Source: Macrostomum lignano (Eukaryota). From it: a DNA stretch of 64,000 nt. The notes below the pieces were generated by a model, which worked only from the letters and a program-made list of their open reading frames with translations, ran no database searches and was not told the DNA's origin. A program made the position numbers and the translations under genes. The stretch lies in the NCBI GenBank assembly GCA_002269645.1, contig NIVC01002856.1, forward strand, positions 62,001 to 126,000, in the 5' to 3' direction. This document shows positions 12,482 through 23,011 of this stretch, piece after piece. Positions within the stretch are counted from its first letter, which is position 1. The number at the start of each line of letters is the position of its first letter.

Positions 12482-13720
12482 AGCGGTGAATCTGAGTGTT
12501 GTCTATGGCAGCGGGGTGAATCTGGGTGTTGTCTATGGCAGCGGGGTGAATCTGGGTGTTGTCTATGGCAGCGGGGTGAATCTGGGTGTTGTCTATGGCA
12601 GCGGGGTGAATCTGAGTGTTGTCTATGGCAGCGGGGTGAATCTGAGTGTTGTCTATGGCAGCGGGGTGAATCTGAGTGTTGTCTATGGCAGCGGGGTGAA
12701 TCTGAGTGTTGTCTATGGCAGCGGGGTGAATTTGAGTGTTGTCTATGGCAGCGGGGTGAATCTGAGTGTTGTCTATGGCAGCGGGGTGAATCTGAGTGTT
12801 GTCTATGGCAGCGGGGTGAATCTGAGTGTTGTCTATGGCAGCGGGGTGAATCTGGGTGTTGTCTATGTGGATCTGGGTGTTGCCTATGGCAGCGGGGTGA
12901 ATCTGAGTGTTGTCTATGGCAGCGGGGTGAATCTGGGTGTTGTCTATGGCAGCGGGGTGAATCTGGGTGTTGTCTATGGCAGCGGGGTGAATCTGGGTGT
13001 TGTCTATGGCAGCGGGGTGAATCTGGGTGTTGTCTATGGCAGCGGGGTGAATCTGAGTGTTGTCTATGGCAGCGGGGTGAATCTGAGTGTTGTCTATGGC
13101 AGCGGGGTGAATCTGAGTGTTGTCTATGGCAGCGGGGTGAATCTGAGTGTTGTCTATGGCAGCGGGGTGAATCTGAGTGTTGTCTATGGCAGCGGGGTGA
13201 ATCTGAGTGTTGTCTATGGCAGCGGGGTGAATCTGGGTGTTGTCTATGTGGATCTGGGTGTTGCCTATGGCAGCGGGGTGAATCTGAGTGTTGTCTATGG
13301 CAGCGGGGTGAATCTGGGTGTTGTCTATGGCAGCGGGGTGAATCTGGGTGTTGTCTATGTGAATCTGGGTGTTGCCTATGGCAGCGGGGTGAATCTAGGT
13401 GTTGTCTATGGCAGCGGGGTGAATCTAGGTGTTGTCTATGGCAGCGTGGTGAATCTGGGTGTTGTCTATGGCAGCGGGGTGAATCTGGGTGTTGTCTATG
13501 GCAGCGGGGTGAATCTGGGTGTTGTCAATGTCAGCGGGGTGAATCTGGGTGTTGTCTATGGCAGCGGGGTGAATCTGGGTGTTGTCTATGGCAGCGGGGT
13601 GAATCTGGGTGTTGTCTATGGCAGCGGGGTGAATCTAGGTGTTGTCTATGGCAGCGGGGTGAATCTGGGTGTTGTCTATGGCAGCGGGGTGAATCTGAGC
13701 GTTGTCTATGGCAGCAGGTT
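12482..13720. repeat. 30-bp minisatellite (gcagcggggtgaatctgggtgttgtctatg)n, about 41 copies
   Basis: Direct periodicity. A shortened 21-bp variant recurs 381 bp apart (12866 and 13247). Confidence 0.95.
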
Positions 13721-14658
13721 GAATGCTTACTGAGGCTTTTCGCTAAAAAAACAAAAAACTGATTCTGCAACGACCGATAACAAGAATCTCAAAATAATAT
13801 GAATTTAATCTATTGAATCAGAGCGCATCAGAAAATATAACATCTGGATAATCATGTTTTTCTACGAGTTTTCTACGAGTAGATCGATTTTGGCGAGTTA
13901 ATCTAAAGATGATAGTAAAAGCAGCATTATCTTTCCCGAAGCAATTCTATCGGTTAAACTACGAATCGCATTTGGTTCGAAAAACCCAGTCAGAGTCCAG
14001 TATCAAGCAAAATTACACAGAAAAAGGAATTGCCATTCAAATATTGCAAAATCAAAATGTGTAAAAATGTTCAAAAAGAAAATCTGAATGATAAACAATT
14101 CTAAAGACTAAATGGAATGCACGAACGAGGTTAAAGAAAGACATGACGGATACTATTATCTACAAAGCTTAGAATACAAGCGTATCATCCGAAAATGATT
14201 AACGGTGCTTTAATGGCGTGACAATGGCCGTCGAATATCTCAAGAACCCACCGGTGCGAGCACTCGAGAGGCAGTGCATGAGGGTGGCACCATTGTATCG
14301 AGTTGTTCAAAGTGCGGTAAATTTCTTCTGTTTTCAAAATTTTAAAATTGGATTTCGATGTTGTCAAGGTTGTTGTATGTTGTGTCGATGTTGTACACTC
14401 GATTTTCTTAGAAATGAGCAAGAGGCCAATGAGGGACTTTTATTCGTATTATTGGTGCATTCGGGAATGAACCGGGTTCCACTGTAGACAAATTCGGTCG
14501 AGAATAGTTCACTCTAAAAAACCCGATCCAAAAATCTCTGTTTTTGTACCGGCATCCAGCTCATTTCTAAGAAAATCGAGTGCCTTCTACTTCAGCTGTT
14601 ATTGGGGTAACTTTGCTTGCTTACTGGTCAGTTGAGCTTTAAGAAACTCAGATATTTT

Positions 14659-16295
14659 TTATGAAGTAAGATCCGAATAAACTTTCTTCAATGAGCCTAG
14701 AAGAAAATAAAACTGTTTTGTCAGCTTGCTGCGCATGTCGGGGACCTGGAAGAGTTTCGAGCCGAACTGGTTCTCCTGCGGATTGCGCGAGATTAGCGCC
14801 GTCACTCGGGTGTGCAGTTGCAGCAGATCCTCCTTGGCTCCATACGCCTCCACCACCCGGCACAGGACGCGAATATATGCCGAGCCGCTTTGCGAATCCC
14901 TGTAGGCGATGTACTTTTCGCTGGTCGCATAGCCAAAGAAGAAGTCGACACCTTTAGGCGCGAATAAGACGCCACCCGTGTTCGGCTCCTCCGCCTCATC
15001 GTCGTCATCGGTGATCGCTGTGGCGACCTGGTCGGCAGACGCTCCCACGGCCACGGCTCGTGTGGTGGCGAAATTACGTTGCTGACGCTCGCCACGACAG
15101 GCCTGTCGGAACAATGATTAATTATGGGAATTTGAGTTCTCTAGAAACATGTTTATACACTGGTAAAAGGAATAAAAATGAGGTTATTCGCTTTACCTGA
15201 ATAAAAAACAGCTTTGGCTTGCCAGCTAGTCCGGCGCAAACGTCGCTATCGAAGAAAGATGCGATGCGGCCAAGGCTGATGTACTGCCCGTCGGAGCCCA
15301 CGATCTGGTTGTTGGTGCCGTGCGACATGAGGAAGCATACGAACGAGTCGTAATTTTCATGATTCTTCAAAGCGATGCGCATGGCAGCCTTGCAGATTCC
15401 GGCTGCAGTTGGGTCAGCTATGCTTCGAACCCGGTATCCAAGTCGCTGCAATAGGCGGCTCACCCGCTCCACATCCACGAGGCTGCCGTTCCGTGTAGGG
15501 AATTCGCTGGGATTGGCGAATCGCTCGACGTTAATTAGCAGGCAGTAGCCATGCGGACGCTGGCAGTGAGGGTAGATATTTGAGGAAGGCAGGCTGTTGA
15601 TCGGCTCGAATAGAGGCTCCGACTGTGGCTGCTGCTGCTGCTGCTTAGCTGCCGTTTGCGCACGCTGCATGACTGGTCCGCCTTCCGAGCTACTCCGATG
15701 AAGCTTCTCAGATCGGCCTTTCCAGACATCGTCTTTTACTGATTCAAATGCTTCTAAATCTTGCTGTTGCTGCTGTTGCTGCTTGGGCTTTAGCTGCTGA
15801 AGCCGAGGAGTTACCAGCGGAAACCTGTAAAATAGTAAAGGTAACGGTACATGAGCATCCGACATACCAATCGACAGTGGATGATTGCAAAACGATACTG
15901 AGATTCGTCTAGTTTTACTCGACGACGAATCAACTTTTTTTCAGACAATTGATGAGACAATATCTTTAGAAATCCAAGCTAATAAAGTAAATATTTTATT
16001 TTCAGGCGCTCGCAATTTCACCGCGACGAAAATTAAAAAATGAGAAAGGAAAGCAGGTAATGGATGGCTGGTATATAAGAATTTAAATGCAGTAAAATAC
16101 CTTAAGGACGGCTGTTTTTGTTGTTTTTGCTGTTCTTGCTGCTGCTCTTGCTGCTGTTTGCTCTGCTGTTGTTGTTGCTGTAGCTGAAGCTCTTCCACGA
16201 CCTGCGAGTCCGAGGTTGTTCTCTGTCGAACTAGCGATGGCTTTCTGCGCTGGCAGCTGGAGTTGCGGCGTTCAAGCAAGGGACGGTTACTCCTG
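14659..16295 (-). CDS. Caspase (peptidase C14A) p20/p10 with a Q-rich N-terminal linker; probably the C-terminal module of a larger gene
   Basis: Exons 16295 (or ATG 16315)-16101, 15824-15197 and 15102-14659 are in phase. Motifs: CLLINVERF, PTRNGSLVD, CFLMSHG (catalytic His), KPKLFFIQ|ACRG (catalytic Cys) and p10 DFFFGYAT...AYRD...GSAYI...KLTKQFYF. Confidence 0.93.
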
Positions 16296-16396
16296 CTGAG
16301 GTTTTGGCGGGGCATTTTAATATCATTTATTCGGAGGTCCTACTGTTCATATAGCTTAAAAGATAAATGTGAGAAATTCATGCTATAGCTGCTCAC

Positions 16397-19300
16397 TGAA
16401 AAAATGGCAGCGCTAGCAGGTGTTGAACTCCGGGTCGTCGTTTACGCCTGCGCTGCGTGCACAGCCGATAAAGCTCGCCAAGAGCCGCTGAGCTGTCGAT
16501 CGGCAGGCTCGGCATTGAGCCAACACAGATGCTGGCGTGCAGACGGTCGAAATTGCGGCTCTGCTCTGCGTTCGGCGGCCGCCCAGAGGCCAACTCAAAC
16601 ACCAGACAGCCGAAAGCCCACACATCGGATTTGGTAGTGAATTCTGCGCCTGCAGAGTGCAGAACTTCTGGGGCTAGGTAGCACGGCGAGCCCCATTCGC
16701 GCGGACGAGCCGTTCGCTGCTGGCGCATGCATAGCGAGAAGCCGACCAACTTCAGACTGCTGTTCGGCTGTAGCAGAACGCTCTTGCATTTCACGTTGCG
16801 ATGCACCAAAGCAGGGCGTTGTTCGTGAAGATATAGCAAAGCTGATGCTATCTGGAATATCAATTTAGTTTAAGTTGTCATGTAAAACGGGATTTTTGGA
16901 AGTTAAAAAACCCAGTAATTCGTGTATTCGTGACGAAAGTCAACGCTTTTAAACTGCTGCTGATAAGTCAGGGTTGGTGAGTGGGTAAGAGCGGAGTAAT
17001 GAAACACACCGAAAGTCTAATTAAAACGATTAGTTAACTGACTAGCAATCTAGTGCGGCCCCAATCGGGCGCCCAATAAGCAAGGAGCAAAATAGTTCAT
17101 AGAAAATAATTTAAAAATCATTTTTTCTTTAAAACAAATACCTTCTTCACTTTTAAAAATCACCTTATTCATGTAAAATAGTCACGGACAATGATATTTG
17201 CTATGAATTCTCTTTTTTCTAAAATTAATAAATCGACAACAAAATATAGCTTTCACAAAGATAACAGACATTCTCCCTAAATAGAAAATATTCCCAAGAC
17301 AGCAAGCATCCATCCATATAGCAAGCACCCCCTCCAAAAGTAAGCAACCGCAGATAGCAAGCATCCCCTAATACTCGTAGCAAGCATCCACCCAGATAGC
17401 AAGCATCACCCCAGATAGCAAGCATCACCCCAGATAGCAAGCATCCTGCAGATAGCAAGCATGATCCCCCAGATAGAAGCATCCACCCAGATAGAAGCAT
17501 CCACCCAGATAGCAAGCATCCACCCAGATAGAAGCATCCACCCAGATAGAAGCATCCACCCAGATAGCAAGCATCCACCCAGATAGCAAGCATCCTGCAG
17601 ATAGCAAGCATGATCCCCCAGATAGAAGCATCCACCCAGATAGCAAGCATCCACCCAGATAGCAAGCACCCCCCCCCAGATATTGTAGAAGCATCCACCC
17701 AGATAGCAAGCATCCTGCAGATAGCAAGAATCTCTGAATAGCAGGCATCCCTGGATAGAAAAAATACCATACATGTAGCCAGTACCGCCCCTCTCTCAAA
17801 TAGCAGGTACCCCCCCCCCCTCGAGAGCAAGCATCCTCCAGATAGCAAGCATCCACCAGACAGCAAGTAGCTAGTGCAAATGTGTTACCTCTGCTAATGC
17901 AATAATCGCTTTCTCAGGTTGTGCAACAATCCACGTCTCAGCTAGCGCAATAATCAGCTTCTAAGCCAGTGAAATAATCATTTTCTCATCTAGTGCAATA
18001 ATCATTTACTCATCAAGTCCAAAAATCAATGTCTCTGCTAGTGCAATAGCCCTTTCTAATCTAGTGCAATAATCCTTGGCTTATCAAGTGCAATAATCCT
18101 TGGTTTATCAAGTGCAGTAATCCTTGGTTTATCAAGTGCAGTAATCCTTGGTTTATCAAGTGCAATAATCCTTGGTTTATCAAGTGCAGTAATCCTTGGT
18201 TTATCAAGTGCAATAATCTGTCGCTTATCAAGTGCAATAATCCTTGGTTTATCAAGTGCAATAATCCTTGGTTTATCAAGTGCAGTAATCCTTGGTTTAT
18301 CAAGTGCAATAATCCTTGGTTTATCAAGTGCAATAATCCTTGGTTTATCAAGTGCAATAATCCTTGGTTTATCAAGTGCAATAATCCTTGGTTTATCAAG
18401 TGCAATAATCTGTCGCTTATCAAGTGCAATAATCCTTGGTTTATCAAGTGCAGTAATCCTTGGTTTATCAAGTGCAATAATCTGTCGCTTATCAAGTGCA
18501 ATAATCCTTGGTTTATCAAGTGCAGTAATCCTTGGTTTATCAAGTGCAATAATTTTTGGCTTATCATTGCATTTCAAGTCGAAAGAGCTGCTTGACCTTT
18601 GCATAAAAACACGTTTTTTGAATATTTAATCCCTTTAGCATCGAGCAATTTCTTAGTTACGATGCATGTACCGTCCAAGGACTACAGTACTTAACAAGGA
18701 GTTGTTAAGTAGTCCTTGGTACCGTCACGGAAAAATTTCTGATCGAACAGTGCAAGTTCGAAGAAAATCGGTTGAGCCATTTTTGCTAAAATCGATCACA
18801 CAATACCTACCTACCTACCTACCGACAGACCATTTTTAGTATATGGATGATACCTGTCGGCAGTAGGATCGGAGGTCGCCTTCTCTAAATCCGGCCTTTC
18901 GCTGAGTCAGAATGGAGCGCAGATTGCGGCCTTCAACTAGCTCCGTGAGGACTGTCAGACAGCCGGAGCTGTCGCTCAGCACTTTCACGAGTCGAACAAT
19001 GCAGTCGTGCCTCAGTTTGCGAAGAATAAGACAGCTTGCCCGAAACTGTTTCAGCGTCTCCTCTGGACATCCGGGCGTTGTTCTGTACGCAGCGGCCGGC
19101 ATCCCGTGCAGGTCAGCGCGGAATACAGAGCCGAACCGGCCGCGGCCCAGCAGGCGTTCTCGATCAATTTGACAGGCCTGCGCATCCTCCTCATCTTGTT
19201 CATTTTCGTCCTCTTCGATTAATTCTTCAAAATCCGTCCCTTCCAGCTCGAAATAATCCTCATCCTCGTCGTCTGTCTTCCGGTACTTGTCCAGACCGCG

Positions 19301-20752
19301 GGCTCCGGCCTCGTCATCATCGTCCAGCTCCTCGGTGGCGTCGCTCTCTCCAAGCCGGCGCTGTTGCAGGAGGACCTCGGGTGCGCTGGCACCTACTTCA
19401 GCTCGGCCGCCCAGGAGGCAGCGATCAGATTTCACCGGTCTGAGGGCTTGCGTCGGCGTCGGAGGCGACGGCGACAGCAGAGGCTTAAGCGACTGCATCG
19501 TTCTGTTTGTTACAACAGCGGAAACAAGCATTATTATGGCATTACTTTAACAGGAAATTATTATTCAGTAATTTTTTTAGAAGAGGAAATCCTGATCCTG
19601 AAGTGTTTTTTTTAGACAATCTAATTTATAGCTCATACTTTCTAGCTCATATTTATAGCTCATAGCTCATACTTTCTTAGAATAGAATCGACTTGACATT
19701 ATCGAACATCGGCCAAAACATTTTTCAGTTTTTTTTTAACCAAGACCTTGCTTTCCATGTTTTCCATTCTAAACGCCCCTCTCAATTCTGATATTTCTAA
19801 GCTTTTATTACCAGCCTCAGGCAATAGCGAGGACTCACTGGAAAAATTCGAGCTGCAGCAGCTGCTCCATGCGAGGCCGCTGCTGCTCTGCGCACGCTTC
19901 GCACAGACTGCGCAGCTGGTTCGTCGAAGATTCCGGTGCCTCCTTGCAGCCGGTCCTACCGGTGGCCATCTCGACCAGAAAGCAGCCAAACTGACGGACA
20001 TCCAGCGACGCGTCAAGTTCGTCCTCTTCAAGGAGGCAGCAGGCGGTGAAGCCGGCCAGCTTAGTATGGCCAGATTCCGTGATCAGTGCGGACCGGCATT
20101 TCACATTGCGGTGCAGAATGCGGCGGCTGTGCAGGTAATGCAAGGCCGATCCGATCTGCGCATCGAAGTGATTCTTACAATGCCTTTTCGGGATCAGAGT
20201 ACACAGAGGGAAAGCAGATATCGACAAGAGCTCATCCATCAGTGCTTTTTACCGATAGTGAGACCATGTTTCCGTTTGCGAAGTCAATTTGTTTTTAATT
20301 GTTATGTAACAATGTAAATTAATCAAATTAAATGACTATGTACGAATAAAACAAACCTGTTTTCCGTGCGCTCCAATCAAGGGTTCTGTCAGACAGCCGC
20401 TTCGGTCAATGAGGTCGCGTAGACTGCCAGCGCCCACCCACTCCATGAGGACGCACACCGAGGCGGCGCTGTCAGCGTCCCTGGCAGCTGCGATGAGGCG
20501 CACAATGTTATCGTGCTTCAACTGCGCTAGGATGCTGAAGCAGCTAAGCAGCTTCCTGCCGGCCTTGTCCGCGCAGTAAACTGCCGCCGTCTCGTCTGCG
20601 GTGCTTTCGCTAGTCTCGGCTGCGCTGATGCGCACTCTGAAGATGCGCCCGAACCGGCCTTGAACTGGAGCGAAGTGCCTTGGGTCGGGCCGGCAGCGAA
20701 ACCGCCGTCCATCAACCGCAAGCAGCTCGAGACTGACGCTTCTCTCTGACAT
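16397..20752 (-). CDS. Two tandem protein-kinase-fold (pseudokinase) domains, STE/TKL-like
   Basis: Exons 20752-20357, 20155-19839, 19502-18854 and 16851-16397 are phase-compatible. Kinase 1: GRFGRIF, LKHDNIVRL, LHRNVK, KLAGF. Kinase 2: LGRGRFGSVF, LRHDCIVRL, VHRNVK, KLVGF, GSPCYLAPE, SDVWAFG. The start codon is uncertain. Confidence 0.85.
17350..17870. repeat. Degenerate 19-bp minisatellite (gatagcaagcatccaccca)n inside the intron that splits kinase domain 2
   Basis: Direct periodicity; the overlapping ORFs are repeat translations. Confidence 0.9.
18055..18560. repeat. 24-bp minisatellite (atcaagtgcaataatccttggttt)n in the same intron
   Basis: About 21 copies read directly. Confidence 0.93.
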
Positions 20753-21388
20753 CTCTGACAGTCTTTCCAGTTTTTTTACTGCTAAAAAGTCCAAAACAGA
20801 ATATGCAGGCCTTCAGGCCCTCTCTGCTCCTACAGGTACTGTCTATTCTTTACGCAATCGGTCACTATTATGGTTGAGAAAAGCAGCTGAGCAGCTGAGA
20901 CAGAGGAGAGAAAGAAGACAGTCATGTGCTTAAGATTCTCTCCGAATGACCCCAAACAGCCCTCACTCCGTTTTCTCTCCGCTCAGCATCTCTCTCACGA
21001 GATCGTGTTCGCCAAAAATAGCTCCAAGATACACGGCAACACAGCCAGTTCTTAGTTGGTTTTGAGGGCCTTCCAGCCAAGCTTGATTGTTTATCAAGAA
21101 ACAGAAAGAGCACCAAATAATAGAGCCAGGCATTGTCGGGTAGGGCAGGGAAAAACGGACTGATCGGGCCATGCGCACTGAGAGACCTGGAAACTCGTGG
21201 CCCCAACACGGTCTGTTTGCGTGTCCAGGGCCTATTGGGGTTGGCTTAAGTAGTATGTGCTCGCATTGCGTTACCTCGTGTATTTTTTCCGAAGAAAAAC
21301 AAATGCTTTTTTTCCGGTCAACTTGTAAGCTTTTTCCAACATAGTGAAAGCTGAAAACATCTGTCTGAATCGGTGGCAAGTTTTCCTC

Positions 21389-21637
21389 GCTTCAGTGAGT
21401 CATTCGAGTGTTAACGCGTGTACTTAGGAAATACTCCGCGCTTCAGTGAGTCATTCGAGTGTTAACGTCTGTACTTAGGAAATACTCCCCGCTTCAGTGA
21501 GTCATTCGAGTGTTAACGTGTGTACTTAGGAAATACTCCCCGCTTCAGTGAGTCATTCGAGTGTTAACGTGTGTACTTAGGAAATACTCCCCGCTTCAGT
21601 GAGTCATTCGAGTGTTAACGTGTGTACTTAGGAAATA
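21389..21637. repeat. 51-bp tandem repeat, about 5 near-identical copies
   Basis: gcttcagtgagtcattcgagtgttaacgtgtgtacttaggaaatactcccc starts at 21389, 21440, 21491, 21542 and 21593, with no spacers. Confidence 0.93.
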
Positions 21638-21799
21638 CAACAGTAGCTCAGCGATCTGACTCGGACCTCTGGATCGATTCTGTACGCATTCATTCAAGGC
21701 TTGCGTGGGAATTGGCCAGAATTTGTCGTTAGATTCACATCCATCAGGACCAATCTCCTAGGCAAGGCACAGAGAGTGTACATGCTTGACGATTAGACA

Positions 21800-21955
21800 G
21801 TCAGGGCCGATGTACACCCTGTGTGAGCGTGTGCATGAGTGCGTGCCTGAGTACAGTATTGGCGCGCTTGTATGCTCAGGAGCCAGCGGAATGGGCAGAA
21901 CTGCCGAAGGCGTTGCGCCAAAGTGTCCACAGCTTCTTGCAATTTTTTTGTACAG
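21800..21955 (-). mobile_element. Dispersed repeat family copy (same family as 835-995)
   Basis: Reverse complement contains ctcctgagcatacaagcgcgccaatactgtactcaggcacgcactcatgcacacgctcacacagggtgtaca, nearly matching 41610-41685 (+). Confidence 0.6.
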
Positions 21956-23011
21956 TAGTTCATTCGAAGACACTGTGTCGTAAATATTATAAAATTAGTC
22001 AAAACGTTTAGCTTTTTCTCACGACCCTCTACGCAAATCTTAAACAACATGCTGTTGTTTGCTTTTGCCACTAAAAACTGTTTACTCTCACATCTAGTGC
22101 ATGGAAGTGAAATCAACTAGTGCATCATACTACTTAGTTAGTAGTTGGCACTTGCTGGAAAAAAAACAGAAGGAACATTTTCTTAGAGGTGTTTTACGAC
22201 TCTGGGGCTGCTAAATTATTGTAGCACTATAATAGTATGATAACTGCCGTCTGTGTATTAATAACGATAGGATTAGCTAAATAAAATATCTGCTCTGCGA
22301 TATGCTTAAGCATATGCGTGCTAGTCAAGACTCACGATTAAAATGTAGCGATTCTTTTTAAAAAATCGAATGCTATCTAATATAAATTCTTCCTTATATG
22401 ACTATAAAAGTGTTCTGACAAAATATGCATCGTGCGCGAGGCAAAACTAAGCAGCGATTCAGAAAATATAAATGAGGAAAGTTTATAAATAAGAGAGATA
22501 GCGAACACAGGCTAGAGTATTGAAAAATACTAACTTTTACTACTTCGGAGGACAACCTTGCCTGAACAGTTTAAAAGATCAGAGGCAAAGATGTCCCAAT
22601 ATTCCGATAAACAATGTGGATCACATAGAAAATCTATAGTTCATTGTGGTGCTCTATGAAAATGGTCGTGCTAAAATAGTGAATAAACATCGCGTCCAGA
22701 AAAGGTAAAAAATTAAAACCTATTTACAGAACTCAAAGCTGCTAGTCATTGCCAGGTGGCAGATAAGACTTGCCGATGGGTTTGCTCAAACAGCGAGTCA
22801 AGGGTTAAATAAAGTTTAATAGGAAAAGAAACAAAATGAGGTTTAAAAATGAATATATTGCCGTCGAGTGTGGTTCGTTAATTTTTTTCAGAAGTCTTTT
22901 AAGTCTCCGAATAGCAATTTAATCTCATCCGAATGGTTCAGTTCCGGTTTAAAGTCGGCGAGCTGCCCTCGAAATGAAGGCGCTGCGTCTGTCATGAGTA
23001 GACCCCGATGC

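Noticed and set aside
12438-13733. 431-aa ORF of (VYGSGVNLGV)n as a structural repeat protein
   Set aside because: It is a translation of a stop-free 30-bp minisatellite with no unique domain, signal peptide or splice context; transcription cannot be excluded.
17225-18604. Cys/Leu-rich and (ALDKPRII)n ORFs
   Set aside because: They are minisatellite translations lying inside the intron that splits kinase domain 2.
21389-21637. 51-bp direct repeats as a CRISPR array
   Set aside because: There are no unique spacers and no cas genes, and the context is eukaryotic.
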